Assembly (NCBI RefSeq): GCF_009914755.1
Contig: NC_060937.1
DNA from: the human T2T-CHM13v2.0 reference genome, Homo sapiens
Length of the DNA: 64,000 nt
Direction: 5' to 3' (one strand)
Below, in pieces: positions 14,403-31,013 of this stretch. Position 1 is the first letter of the stretch. Each line of letters opens with the position of its first letter. The position numbers were made by a program, and so were the translations under genes. Below the pieces are notes generated by a model. The model searched no databases. It was not told the origin of the DNA and saw nothing but the letters and a program-made list of their open reading frames with translations.

Positions 14403-15952
14403 CCAGAATTTGAACTGTGCTTTGGTCCTGAGCATGTCCTGGGGTGCAACATTCATTGTTCTCATTTGTTAGAGAATACAAGATCAGAATTTAAATAGTC
14501 ACTGTTTTCCAAGATGCAAAGTGATACGCTCTTGGTGTTTTAAAATCCTATCTGTTGATCTGATTGGCTGGTATTCCAGTCTTCCCTGTTTATTGCTCTG
14601 TGACTGGTGGGATTTGCCAATAGGTCCAAGTACTTTCTCTTTCCAGAAGCATACCATAATATTGGTGTAGGATTTGTGGCCGGAACTTACTGGGCATCAC
14701 CCCAGTTACTGTCCTAATACCTCATATTGTGTCAGAAGCTGACAATAGGAGTTGAAAATGCCATAATATGAATCTGTTCTCATAGTGAAGATCGTAATGA
14801 GAACGGGAAAAGCTGCAGACCGAACCAGTTCTCATTATGTTCTGAAGCCACATTTCCTCCCCACAACATGAATTGTATGGTCCAGGCACTTTAATCAAGA
14901 AATGTTCCATTTGAAAGCATTCCTCATCCCACAGAAAACACAAATTTCACTTTGGAGCACATATCTAGTAGGAGAATTTGTTTTCTCATTCAATTAACCA
15001 GATTGAAAATGTAAGAACACTATTATGGAAGCTTCAATGTCAATGTGTGTGTGTATGATGATTGTTGCTAATTAAAAATAAGCTGATTTAGGACATTTGA
15101 AGCAAAGAAGCACTCACATTCCCTTATCTCAGCATTTAAACAGTGCCTGGACTCTGTGCCCTCTGCCCACATTATCTGGCTGTGCGTGGCATAGCTTCTG
15201 GCTGCAATAGTGGGAAAGAATTTAGCAGATGTTCAAAAACAAATACATTGTTAGCTTATATTGTTGTTGTTGTTAAGGCTGCTTCACGTATTTTAAATTT
15301 TTCTTTTCCTTCTGGGAGAGGAGTTACTACTATTAACAATTCTGCACATTGCTTGAGGCAATGATAAACCATATTACCCTATTTATTTTACTCATTGCTA
15401 TTTGAGAAAATGGTGGGCCATATATGCTTGTAGATTAGCTGGTGTCTTTTTGAAGCTACTGGCAAGGCTATGTTTAAAGTTTCAATTCTAATAAAAATGT
15501 GTTTAAAGCAACCAATGGCACCGTACAGGGAATGGCAGAGGAAAGGTCATTCTGTGTGTCCTGCAGCCTCAGAAGTGGGATCTTCCCCACACTTTTCTGT
15601 GAAGACAATGCAATTCAGAGCAGAGACATCTTCAAAGCTGCTTTGCACATGATGGTAATGAAGGATTGCAATGTGAGATCACTGGGATTCCCAATACCAC
15701 AAACACTGGTGTTATGAAAGGATGCTTAGTCCCAGCATGCCTAAGAAAACTAAATCTGATTCCTAGTCTTGGAAATCCCATCTCATGCATGATGCCATGT
15801 TTCCAAAACTGGAACATTTCTACTGACTTATTTCCATGACTTCCTTTGCTCCAGCCACTGAACACTCACTCCCGGTGTGTCCTTACTAAAATGTTAGTTA
15901 ATGTGTTATCTGTTCATGATAGTGCAGCTGTCTGCATAACTTCTGTGTATTT

Positions 15953-16257
15953 GTTTATTTATTTAATTTATTTTTTTGAGATGGATTCTTGCTCTGTTGT
16001 CCAGGCTGAAGTGAATTGGCGCGATCTCGGCTCACTGCAACCTCCACCTCCTGGGTTCAAACGATTCTCATGTCAGCCTCCCGAGTAGCTGGGATTACAG
16101 GCACACACCACCATGCCCAGCTATTTTTTGTATTTTTAGTAGAGACAGGGTTTCACCGTGTTGGCCAGGCTGGTCTTGAGCTCCTGACCTCAAGTGATCT
16201 GCCTGCCTCTGCCTCCCAATGTGCTGGGATTACATGGGTGAGCTGCCACTCCTGGCC
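15953..16257 (-). mobile_element. AluSx/Sz full-length element
   Basis: Perfect 15-bp TSD aacttctgtgtattt at 15938-15952 and 16258-16272; 'acctcaagtgatc' diagnostic. Confidence 0.97.
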
Positions 16258-16439
16258 AACTTCTGTGTATTTATTGAGGGAGGTGATTTGGGTGGGGATG
16301 GTGGAAGGATTGGGGCATGTGAAAGAGAAGGAGTCCTGGTTTGTAAGTTAGATCATGTGAGGGATAGGGATAGGGAGTGGAGCACAGGGTGAATGAGACC
16401 ACACACGTGTAAGAGGGAATGATGAGCAGGCAGGAAGAG

Positions 16440-16900
16440 AGGGTTGGTGTAGGAAAGGGTTGGTGCAGGAAAGGGGTGGTGTAGGAAAGGGTGGTATAGG
16501 AAAGGGGTGGTGTAGGAAAGGGTGGTGTAGGAAAGGGGTGGTGTAGGAAAGGGGTGGTGTAGGAAAGGGTGGTGTAGGGAAGGGTTGGTGTAGGGAAGGG
16601 GTGGTGTAGGAAAGGGGTGGTGTAGGAAAGGGATGTTGTAGGAAAGGGTGTTGCAGGAAAGTGTTGGTGTAGGCAAGGGTTGGTGTAGGAAAGGTGTGGT
16701 GTAGGGAAGGGGTGATATAGGAAAAGTTTGGTGTAGGAAAGGCTTGGTGTAGGAAAGGCTTGGTGTAGGAAAGATTTGGTGTAGGAAAGGGGTGTTGTAG
16801 GAAAGGGTTGATGTAGGAAAGATTTGGTGTACGAAGGGGTTGGTGTAGGAAAGGGGTTGTGTAGGAAAGTGTTGGTGTAGGAAAGGGGTGGTGTAGGGTG
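16440..16900. repeat. G-rich minisatellite, 16-17-bp unit (GGTGTAGGAAAGGG(G)T), ~27 copies
   Basis: Visible tandem 'ggtgtaggaaaggggt' variants; explains the repetitive P/T/H-rich ORFs on the - strand. Confidence 0.95.
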
Positions 16901-18857
16901 CTGACATTTGCATAAATTGCACTGGGGTAGGAGTGGATGATGATGGAAAGTTGGAAGAATGTGATATTTTGGTGGAAATAACAACTTAGAAACTGAGTCA
17001 TCTTTTAGCTACAGAGAAGGGTATTCCCTTCACCATATAGTGAGCGGTTGCTGTATCCATGGCTCTTGACAAAGATGTTCACTTTGTGCCTTTTCCTGCA
17101 TTATTGGCATCTGGAGTTCTAACAGCCAAGAGAGACAGAGGTCATAGTGGAATCAATATTTCTATTACAGATAAGAAAATCCCAGAAGGAGGGCCTACAT
17201 AGATTAACCTGTACACAACCAAACTAAGATTTAAGAATTTTTCTGAAGATAATCCTGGGATTATGTCTCACATTTCATTTTAAGCTTCTTTCTTCATTTC
17301 CCTTTGCTTTATATTTCTCTCTCCTATTTTATTCCTCCTTGAAATAAAATGGGACAATAATGTGTTTTAAATGTTGAATCAAGGAATAACAAGAAATCAT
17401 CATTTCAACTGCTATCATGTCCAGTGAAATTAAATGCTTGGATAATTACTTTGTTAATTACTAACAACTCCAAAATTCTGATTCTCAATCCACAGTCTAT
17501 TGAATCATATAAATGGCTTGCTTTTATTGAATGGAAAAAGACAAAGAAGAAAAAGAGTGTCCAGTAGAGAGGAGGAGAAAGCACTACAGGGAACACTAGG
17601 GTCCCCATGATAAGTTCACTTTATTCCACTCCATAGTTCCTGTTAATTAGGAGCTTCCAATCATTGCAGCAACATGGGTTCCTACACTTCAATCCAACCC
17701 CTCCTCTTCTACTATCCCTAACTTTGACTAGTATGAGATGAATACTTGAGCTCAGCAACTTCCCATGGCTTTTGAATCTCAGGAGTTGTTCTTACTCTTT
17801 TTGATATAACAACCCTCAATTAATGTTTGGTATTCTTATGCAACCAGTGGGAAAACAAGTATGCATCTGGAAAGCTTAGAAAATATAGAGATAGTCATAT
17901 ACCTAGGCTTGTTTTTATTTTAATTGAGTAATTTGCAAAGGTATCTTCTATATTAATAAATGCACATTCAATTCAAACAGATTGATATTGAATTAATAGG
18001 AAGTAATAAATTGGTTTATTTATGCTAGTGGAATTAAAAAATCTTGCTACTCTATACATTCAATTTCTAGTCCCTACTTTGAAAAGAGCATTTTCTTCCT
18101 TTTGAAATATATTTGAGCATAGTAACTTTCAAGGTCCTAAGTTTATTGGCATAATTTAATGGAAAAATGTATGCTCTAAAGCATTCATTTTTTTCCCCAA
18201 GCTTTGTGGTTTTCAATTTCTCATCTACTGGATGGCTTTTAGTTTACATGGCAGAACAGAATCTTCTCAACTTTTTGATTCCCCTGATAAAATATTCAAT
18301 AGAGAATTAAGCCAAAATTTGCTTCACCCAAGGACATGATCTCATCCTTATTCTTGTCTTCATGCCTATTGAAATACAGCTATTCTTATATGTATTTAGC
18401 TAAGTGATAGGCTTAAGCATCAGTTATCTTTTTTGGCTAATTTGTTTCAAAAGTAATTGAGCCCATGTACACATGAAATAATATGTAAAACAGTAAAGAT
18501 CCCTGTACACAACAGTATTGAAGCCACTGTAATATTTCAAGACTAAATTAGACACTCTCTTCCTAGCCCCCTTTCACTCCTCCACCCTCCACCACATAGG
18601 ACACTTTCTGGAAAAGAAGTCCAGGCAAAGAGACGTTAGTTTAATTGTTGCTAACGTCATATAAAAATGATCACCAACTTGGAATTTCTGAATTCACATG
18701 AAAGGGTGATACTGAGTTTAAACGTAAAGTTTCATATCCCATTGGTGTCAAAATTGGTGGATAGAAAGAGTACAGGATTGTAAAGCAATTTCAGAGCAAG
18801 CTTCTAATGGCAACTTTAGTCCACAGTTTGGATCCTGTGCCCACCTGACATCTATTC

Positions 18858-19102
<245 letters not shown>

Positions 19103-22100
19103 TGAAATCTATTCTTAGCTGTAGGTGGGGACCAGGACCAGAATCTTCAGAGCAGGCCCTAGAAAGCTGGGAAGTCAGGGGATTCCACTACAGGTTTCTC
19201 TATTCTGTCGGCATTTTAAGTGGTTCTGTTTAGATCTAGGCACATTAGAGCTACCCCTCAAACAGACGACGACTCTTAAGAGCCCCGGAATTTCTTTATT
19301 ACCCAGGGAGTCACTGGGGACTGGCAGTAGGTGCCAGGTTTGGCGATGGCGTTTTGTGAATCACTGAGCTCATCTCAGGGCAGAGCAGCTTCCTAATGTG
19401 ACTGTCATCTCCTCTTCCTTTCCCTCCAACACCAGCCACACTTCACCACACTGGCCAGGTGTTTACCAACCTACCCCTTCGTACAAAGTTCAACCTGACA
19501 TTGTTTGGTAGTCAATGATATAAAGCTTGTTGTCTAAGTCAGCATCTGCAGTTTTACCGACTGATAGAAAGGTACAAGATAGAATATGATTCGGGACAGG
19601 AGTCATCAACGTGTTGCCTTTCTGTTGCATGGAATGAACGTTTTGAAGTTGGAAGTGTCCTGAAATTTCAGGACTTCATCTTAAAGATGAAAAAAAGATG
19701 AGGTGTCATGCACAGCTATTTTGTGGCAGCATTTGAATTCAACCCCAAGTCAAGTTATGATATCTCCTGTGTCAGAGGAAAGTACTTTTGATAATCCTAG
19801 AAATATCAAGACTCCAGTGGCAGTGAATATTTGATTTCCACTTTGAAATGTAGATCACATTAGCAGGATATTCCCTAAAGGAGCTTTATACACAGTTGGT
19901 CCTCCCTCTGTCAACCTCATCTGCGACTCAAGTGGATCTAGTTCAAAACAGCCACACTTGTTCCAGAAGCCAATTTTGTTTGGGCCATAATATAGAGATG
20001 GTCCCATCCAGCCTTTAAGCATGCTAAGCACAGGTAGCTGTTTGTTACAATAGTTGAAAGGAGAAAGCCATAAAAACAAAGTCTCCCACTATTTCATCCA
20101 ATTTAAAATTGCGGAAGGTGACAGAAAATATAACTGAAAGCTTTCCCTAACCTCTCTTTAAAGAAGTCCTAGAAAAAAAAAAGAAAGCATTTATTTCCTT
20201 GATGATTTCTAAGTAATAACTAAATATGGATGCAATTTTGAACCGTGTATGGATGTTCCCAGTATAATGTTCCTCTTTTGGAGACATCGCATCATATTTA
20301 TTTATCTCACTCCCTGTCCTTTCCCCCATTAAAGTGGACCTGTGCATAGTTGATGCTTGTACCAAGATACACACCTTCTTCCTGTTTCCAGGACGGTACG
20401 ATGGGAGGCAGGAGTGAGTGTCCGGAAAGAGGGAAGAAAAAAAAAAAACAAATCTCATCATTGTTTATTTGTCTACTGCTTTTGGCTCTGCTGAGATGTG
20501 AAGTCATTCTCATTTCATTGTGTTCGGAAGTATAGCCTGCGACTTGTTGAAAGCTTAGCGCTAGACCTGCCTCTCAGAGACTTGCTCCCTCTGGAAATGC
20601 CCAGCTGAGGATGCGCGTGGTGCGTGTTGAAGAACACTGCCTTAGAGGTGGACACTTGGGGACAGGTGCGCTGCGGCCGGACTCGTGGACAGTTGCGCTG
20701 CGGCTGGAGCTGGCCCCGCATTTCTTCACTTTCTGAATCGTAATGCCCTCAGTGAGTTGCAATTTCATATTGCTACATTTGTTTTTACTGGTGTTAAATT
20801 CCGGCAGTTAAATCTTTCAAGGGTTACTAAAAAATGCGAATATTTGTGTATTTACATGTCTAAGGAGAAGACCCTTTGGCAATCCAGGAGGAGACAAGGA
20901 CTCAGGCTTTTTCTTCCAGTTAACTGTGGAGGACACGACGTTGCTGCTGTGGCTGCTGAAGGAGGAGAAATCTCCTTGTTCTCCCGTCTTCCTGCTCTCC
21001 AGTCCCGTCTGGGCTTCCCATTTGCTGAACACAGCCAGATGCCAGCCGAGCTCAGGAAGCGTAGTTTGCAGGGGGTGTATCCAGAGACACAGCTCGGAGC
21101 AAGGGAAGCGAGAGGAAGAGATCCAACCTTAGGACAAAGGGCCAAGAACTTGGAGAGGACTTGGCCTAGGAGACAATCTAGGGCAAGCACGTTATCCAGG
21201 GTGACTGGGCAGGCAGAGAAACCCCAAGAGGCATAGAGCTCATGTCCGTCCAAAGTAGGAGAGTCTGGGCTCTGCTCTCGGAGTCGGAGCTGGGGGCCTT
21301 CAGGGTACTTCCTATGGAGACAGCCTAGTTTATCAGAAAAAAGGGAACTTTCTTTTTTACCATCTAGCCTTCACCTTGGCAGGGAGACAGGTGTTTTGAG
21401 TAGAAACACTTCAACTCGACATGTCAAACCAGTGCTTCAGCAGAGCTGTGCCTGGCCCGCCCACCTCTCCCCTACCCTCGGTTTTGGTCCAGAGTCTATT
21501 CTGAATGTCTGATGTCTCTCTTGGTTAGTGTGATTGAAATACGGCAGAAAGCCGATTGCATCGTGTGGGGAAGTTGAAATCAATGCAACCAACAATTATA
21601 TTAACGGTCTAGTTAAGAATAAAAAAGTAATAGAACAGACGTGCCTTGGTGAACATTTATTTTCTATGGAGAAATAAACATAGTTGCTGCTTTTGGACTC
21701 CACCCTGGGCAACAAGGTAATGAATGTGGAGTTAGGTGGTGACTAAAGAATTTGGATTCTTTCCTCCAGGTTACAATGCTCGTTAAGGGGCAGCCTGTAA
21801 TGAAACCTGCGATATGTGCTAGAACCAACTAAATGATTATTTTAAAAGTCACAGTCTGCATGGGGCTTCATAAATTCACGCCAGGGAGAGCTGTCTAATG
21901 GGATTGCCACCTTCCACCCCCAACGCAGACTTCAAAGCTCCTTGCTAGGTCTCCACTCAAAGGCTTATCCCATGGCCCGAGCAAGGAAGGCCTTTGTGTG
22001 TGAAAACACCTGCCACCCAGCTTCAGGAGCACTGAGCGCTTTCGGCATGGCCGTCCCCACTGGCCCACATGGCATTTCTTACAGTGAGCTTGGTTTTTGA

Positions 22101-23169
22101 CTGCATTGTTTTGCTTAACAAGCTGTTTTTTTTCTACAGATGTAACCTTTTCCTGTGTTTCCTGACTGGGACATCAGCCAGGTATTCTAGCCAACTTTGG
22201 TAGATATATATCATTGTTTTTGTGCCAGGCTTGTTTTAAAAAATCTACCTATTGCTTTCCCTGATCAATCCATCACTACCCTTGAAAAGGTCATGGTTCT
22301 CTCATCAGGAAACTTTTCAAAAATCCTTGGCTGTGATTTATCTTATGTTATGGGCTCTGACAGTGATTCTCAGGAAGTGAGGCCCATTAGTTTCTTGTAA
22401 GGTCACTCCCCTGCTGTTGCATGCAGAGTGAGTATCAGTTGTGCTTGCCTGAGTTTGAAGCATCCTCTTGGGTGATTTCAAGGGGGGCAAAGGCAGGGCC
22501 ATGACTGGTTTCTGTGTGGAGACTCACACGGGTGAGACAGGTGATCCATGGTGGAGAGGGAGGGTGTCTCTTGTAGGTGCTAGAGCCTCAAAGATAGCTC
22601 TTATTTTCAATCCTGCTTCTCCAAGATTCAGTTCACAAAGATAAGCATGCCTGGAAATATTTAATATTTTATCTTATTATATTCATATTCTGTGGTTGTT
22701 TAAAAATTCTTCAGTATGTTATAAACAAATGTTTCTGATTGCCCATAAGCTTCGTAGGGACATTAATTATTACTGACATGAGAAATTAAAGGCAGCCTAG
22801 ATATTATTTTTAGGAATTACAGCATTTGAAAATCATATTCAGTGAATTTCAGAGAAATTATATCTATACTATTTAACACCGAGTAATGTTTAGTGAAAGG
22901 GTCAGACACTTTGGGGTAAAAAGCGGCATTATGAAGTCAAATAATTTGTTTTCATGTTTAGGAAGACATTTTTAGGGATATAGTTTTGGTTATATGAATT
23001 CTTTGTGATAAGGGCAAAATCAGATATTATACAGGAAGCATTTATGATACCCATTCAATTGTAAGATCTCACTATTTTCCCATTCAATAATCTCAGCCAC
23101 CTAAAATACGTCCAGTGTATATTTTCTGTTCTTTCTAGATATATCGTCATTTCAAATGCTCATTTCAGC

Positions 23170-23305
23170 CATGATCATTTATTCCAGAAGCACTTGTTAG
23201 GACATTATACTTATTTCCTTTAAGTATAAGGTCCTGTGTTGACTACTGAGAATGAAAAACTGAACAAGACAGAAAGTCCCACCTTGAAGAGCTTCCAAGT
23301 GTAGC
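23170..23305 (-). mobile_element. L2 3'-end fragment
   Basis: 'tcatttattc...cacttgttagg...cctgtgttgactactgagaat...aacaagacag...ccttgaagagctt' is the typical antisense L2 end. Confidence 0.55.
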
Positions 23306-24317
23306 GAGTCTCCTGGCATCAGGTATGGCTGGTATCATGGAAACACTCGGCTGACTGTCCAGGAGATGCTGGTTAAGAGGTGGAAGGTGATGGCGTGAAA
23401 TCAAGTTCAGGTTCAGGGGACACTCCTGAGAGCATTCCTGCCCTGTCCCCGTGGCCTGAGCGGCCTTCTCAGTTGCACAGGCAGGTTTTCTCTGCTCTGC
23501 ACTCCCTCTGTCCCAAGGTACCCTTTAGCAAAGTGTAAATTTGTAAGAGTGGTTAGCCCTGGACTTTATCTCAAGTCTGTAATAAGGGCACCTACACTAA
23601 GACTGAAACTGGAACATGCTATTGGTGATCAAACCATCAGTGTTAATAAGTCACTTAAGTTACATTTATGGACTGGAGAAAGAAATGGAAGAAAATCAGA
23701 GTACAAATAATAAATGGTTACCAGGTCCCTAGATCTGAAAGGGCGAATACATTCATGCAGTAGGTGTCCAGGATACTCATGTGGTCCTCCTTCATGCTTA
23801 GGAACACAGACGCTCATCTTCACTATGCAAACCAGAGCCTGCGTGCCTTTCGTGGTCCTTCATATTTGCAGTGTGTGGGTTGGAGTTGCTTTCTTAGCCA
23901 TGACAGTGACTGAAGGGAATATCAGAGTCTGTTAATGAATGATGCTTAGAGATTTCATTTTCAAAATATATTTTTAAATTACCTAATTATATGATATTGT
24001 ATTGGAAAGTTCTTAGATTAGGTTTCACTTTAGAAATGTGATTTGGCCCTAAGAGTGATAGGAAAGAAATATGTTCCTAATTATTCTCAGATAATTAAAA
24101 TTCATGCTGTTCTTTATGCTTGTTGAATTAAACATAAAGGGAAGACATCTTATTGTTTAATAATTAAAATAATTTGAATTAGATTTTAAATTGGCCTCAG
24201 GAAGATCACCTTGGTTCATTTACTGATAATACATTCCAAAACTGATGATTCTAACTACTTACCTTTGAAGGAAAAAATTTGGCTTTTTTTCCTCATTTCT
24301 TCTCTCCCTCCTCCTTG

Positions 24318-24565
24318 AGAGTAATGTGGTGTGGTGGAAGAAAGATTTGCTGAGTGTTTGGAAGCTTACGTTTTAGCTTGGCCTCCAATATTTCCTCATA
24401 GTAAATCTCTAAAGCCCTTTGAATTCTTTGAATTCAATTTCCTCTGTGGCAAAATGGAGCTAGTAATGCAACCTCATGCAAACAACAGAGACTCAGATGA
24501 GAGAACTGATATGAAGACATTAATACAGCTGCAAAACATTATATAAATGCAAGGTATTATAATTA
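24318..24565 (+). mobile_element. MIR element
   Basis: 'gtggtgtggtggaag...tcaatttcctctgtggcaaaatggagctagtaat...ataaatgcaaggtattat'. Confidence 0.65.
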
Positions 24566-24831
24566 CTAGTTCTGGTTCAATACAAGGCACTCCATGCATG
24601 TGGAAAATAACTACCTATGGCCAAAAGGCGCATCATGAGTGTCTCCTCCTGCCACGGCTCCCCAGGTCTTCCGTCATCCCATTTCATTCCTAGAGGCAAC
24701 CACTGTTCCTGGTGAGTGCTAAGGACCTTCTGGAAATAGCGACACAGCAAGAGATTTTGCTAAGTATGTTTAATAGACATAGGGCCCACTTCCCAGGAGA
24801 ATACCTTTTAATTTTAGTAGGACACAGTTTT

Positions 24832-24884
24832 CTCAAGATTTGCTCAAGATTTAAGGAATCGTACTTGCTCAAGATTTAAGGAAT
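24832..24884. repeat. 25-bp tandem duplication
   Basis: 'tgctcaagatttaaggaat' at 24841 and 24866, with a partial 'ctcaagattt' at 24832. Confidence 0.85.
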
Positions 24885-25319
24885 ACCACTTAGGAATTTT
24901 TTTGGTTAAAATAGAAAAGAGTAGGATCTGCATGCTGTTAGCTTGCTGAACCAGCCATTTCTCAGATGTGGGGTGAAATTCATGGAGTACCACCGAAGGG
25001 GTGGAAATAACACAAGGAGCATGAGGTATCAGCCACATAGCTGCCTTCACTACCCAAAAGGTAGCATTTCTTTTCAAATCTGTTTCTCCCCTTTCTCGTT
25101 TGTAGATCACTGGGTGACAGCTCTGACAGAAACGAATAGCAGGTGGGATGACATGCGTTCGTGGGATTTAGGTTATAGTTTGGCTGTAACATATTGCTGT
25201 GTCTCTTTTTCCAGACATGCCTTCATTTCGTAGGCTCAACACCTCTTTTCAACGTAATGATTAGATTCAAGGCCTGCATTTCAGTCAAGACGTAGTCACG
25301 AGTCACTGTGTTCTTATTG

Positions 25320-26786
<1,467 letters not shown>

Positions 26787-27613
26787 CTAAGACAACCGTG
26801 GGAACCACTGTGACGTGAGAAACCGCTCGCGCCTAGCGCATGCGCATTGGCTGAGCCGACTCACGCTCCATTCCTGACAGATAGGCTGCGTCCCCTTTAA
26901 ATATCGCCACCGCTGCGTGGCGGCCGCGATGCTCCTGCTGCCGCCCCGGCAGCGCCTGTGTCCTGGGTCCTGTTTCAGGCGGCGTGGGAGAGAGGGCGAC
27001 GGGTGTCTGGTCCTGTCCCAGGCCCAAACCCCCAGGGCTCCTGTCCTCAGGACCTGCTTCAGCCGACTTCCACCAAGGGAGGGGGAGCTTCAGGATGCCT
27101 GCTGTGTTCTCTGGACTCCCGTTGAGATCCCATTCTGGCCCCTCCGAGTGACATAGGATGGGCTCACCACATGTGGTCAGGCCGGCAGGGCCTCGCTGCA
27201 GCACACAATGACCCCATAGGTCTCAAGGCCTAGTGTCAGAGCAAACTCATTCATCCATCAGCCCTCTGCCTCCCTCCTCCTTTGAAAGAGCAGTGGCCTG
27301 CCCCGCTTGTAAAAGCCGAGGGGTTCCGGAAAGCCGACCATGCTTTACAGGACAACTGCAAAGAGGAAGAGAGGCGAAATCCAGGGGGAGACCATGTGAC
27401 CACGCGTGGCACTGGCCAATCCCACAGCAGTTGGTGTTAACGTGTGACACCGGAGGCAAACGGGGCGACGGCGAAACGAAGGGTGGGGTCCATGCACGTG
27501 CCGGTGGAAGGGGGAAACGGGTGACCTTTCCGTCAATGCCAAGGAAAATCAAACAACACCTGGGACCCGGAGGGTGTGGGGGACGTCTGTGCCTGACCCA
27601 AGCCACGTTTTCA

Positions 27614-28192
<579 letters not shown>

Positions 28193-30437
28193 CTAAGACA
28201 ACCGTGGGAACCACTGTGACCGGAGAAACCGCTGGCGCCTCACGCATGCGCATTGGCTGAGCCGACTCACGCTCCACTCCTGACAGATAGGCTGCGTCCC
28301 CTTTAAATATCGCCACCGCCGCGCGGCGGCCGCGATGCTCCTGCTGCCGCCCCGGTGTCGGCTGTGTCCTGGGTCCTGTTTGGGGCGGCGTGGGAGCGGG
28401 GGCCGCGGGTGTCTCGTCGTGTCACAGGCCCAAACCCCCAGGGCTCCTGTCCTCAGGACCTGCTTGAGCCGATTTCCAGCGAGGGAGGGGGAGCTTCAGG
28501 ACGCCTGCTGTGTGCTCCGGACTCCCGTTGAGATCCCATTCTGGCCCCCTCCCAGTGACATAGGATGGGCTCACCACATCTGGTCAGGCCGGCAGGGCCT
28601 CGCTGCAGCACACAATGACCCCATAGGTCTCAAGGCCTAGTGTCAGAGCAAATTCACCGATCCATCAGCCCTCTGCCTCCCTCCTCCTTTGAAAGAGCAG
28701 TGGCCTGCCCCGCTTGTAAAAGCCCAGGGGTTCCGGAAAGCCGAACGCGCTTTACAGGACAACTGCAAAGAGGAACAGAGGCGAAACCCAGGGGGAGACC
28801 ATGTGACCACGCGTGGCACTGGCCAATCCCACAGCAGTTGGTGTTAATGTGTGTCACCGGAGGCATACGGGGCGACGGCGAAACGAAGGTTGGGGTCCAG
28901 GCATATGCCGGTGGAAGGGGGAAACGGGTGACATTTCCGTCAATGCCAAGGAAAATCAAACAACACCTGGGAACCGTGGGGTAGGGGGGCCTCCTGTGCC
29001 TGACCCAAGCCACGTTTTCAAATGCCTACCAGAGGAGCAAAGAGGTTTCTGCCAATTTCGCAAAACCCCCAATCCTCCACCGACCTGGTAGCCCTGACGC
29101 AACTTCGGCTGGTACAAACCCACAGAGAGTGGGAAAGAAACACACAGAGAGTGAGAGACAGAGAGAGAAGAGAGAATGGGAGACACACACACAGACACAC
29201 ACGCACACACACGCAGAGTCATACAGCAGAGGCATTGAAACACACACTCCCAGGCAACCCCTGAGGATCCGGGGTTCTGCTCTGGAGGAGAACGACCCTC
29301 GGGTGAGAGAGCGGCCCAGGAGCACGCAGGCCGACCAGTCCTCGAGATCACTGACCGCGGCGCGACTTTTGGCGAGACTCACCCCAACAAACACCGTCCG
29401 TGCAGGCCTGAGGCTGGGATCCCGTGCTGCTTCCCCGGTCTCCACCTGGGGTTTCATCTTCATAGTCGGCCCTTTGCGACTGCTGGCATCAGGAGAGTTT
29501 CCCTTCGAGCCCGTGGAGAGGTGAGACCGGAGCCTCAGAGCCTCGATATACAAGCACTGCCACGGAGGGCTCCTGCTCTGCAAAGCCTCGGGGACTGGTT
29601 TCTAAGACAACCGTGGGAACCACTGTGACCGGAGAAACCGCTGGGGCCTCGCGCATGCGCATTGGCTGAGCCGACTCACGCTCCACTCCTGACAGATAGG
29701 CTGCGTCCCCTTTAAATATTGCCACCGCCGCGCGGCGGCCGCGATACTCCTGCTGCCGCCGCGGCGGCGGCTGTGTCCTGGGTCCTGTTTGGGGTGGCAT
29801 GGGAGAGGGGACCGCGGGTGTCTCGTCCTGTCCCAGGCCCAAACCCCCAGGGCTCCTGTCCTCAGGACCTGCTTGAGCCGACTTCCACCAAGGGAGGGGG
29901 AGCTTCAGGACGCCTGCTGTGTTCTCTGGACTCCCGTTGAGATCCCATTCTGGCCCCCTCCGAGTGACATAGGATGGGCTCACCACATGTGATCAGGCCG
30001 GCAGGGCCTCGCTGCAGCACACAATGACCCCATAGGTCTCAAGGCCTAGTGTCAGAGCAAACTCACTCATCCATCAGCCCTCTGCCTCCCTCCTCCTTTG
30101 AAAGTGCAGTGGCCTGCCCCGCTTGTAAAAGCCCAGGGGTTCCGGAAAGCCGAACGCGCTTTACAGGACAACTGCAAAGAGGAACAGAGGCGAAACCCAG
30201 TGGGAGACCATGTGACCACGCGTGGCACTGGCCAATCCCACAGCAGTTGGTGTTAATGTGTGTCACCGGAGGCATACGGGGCGACGGCGAAATGAAGGGT
30301 GGGGTCCAGGCATGTGCCGGTGGAAGGGGGAAACGGGTGACATTTCTGTCAGTGCCAAGGAAAATCAAACCACACCTGGGAACCGGGAGGTGGGGGTGCC
30401 GACTGTGCCTGACCCAAGCCACGTTTTCAAATGCCTA

Positions 30438-31013
<576 letters not shown>

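Noticed and set aside
16271-17001. 189-237 aa ORFs on the - strand
   Set aside because: Translations of the minisatellite; open in all three frames because the repeat lacks stops.
20685-21236. 183-aa + strand ORF
   Set aside because: Non-ATG start, no recognisable domain, and similar overlapping ORFs on the opposite strand.
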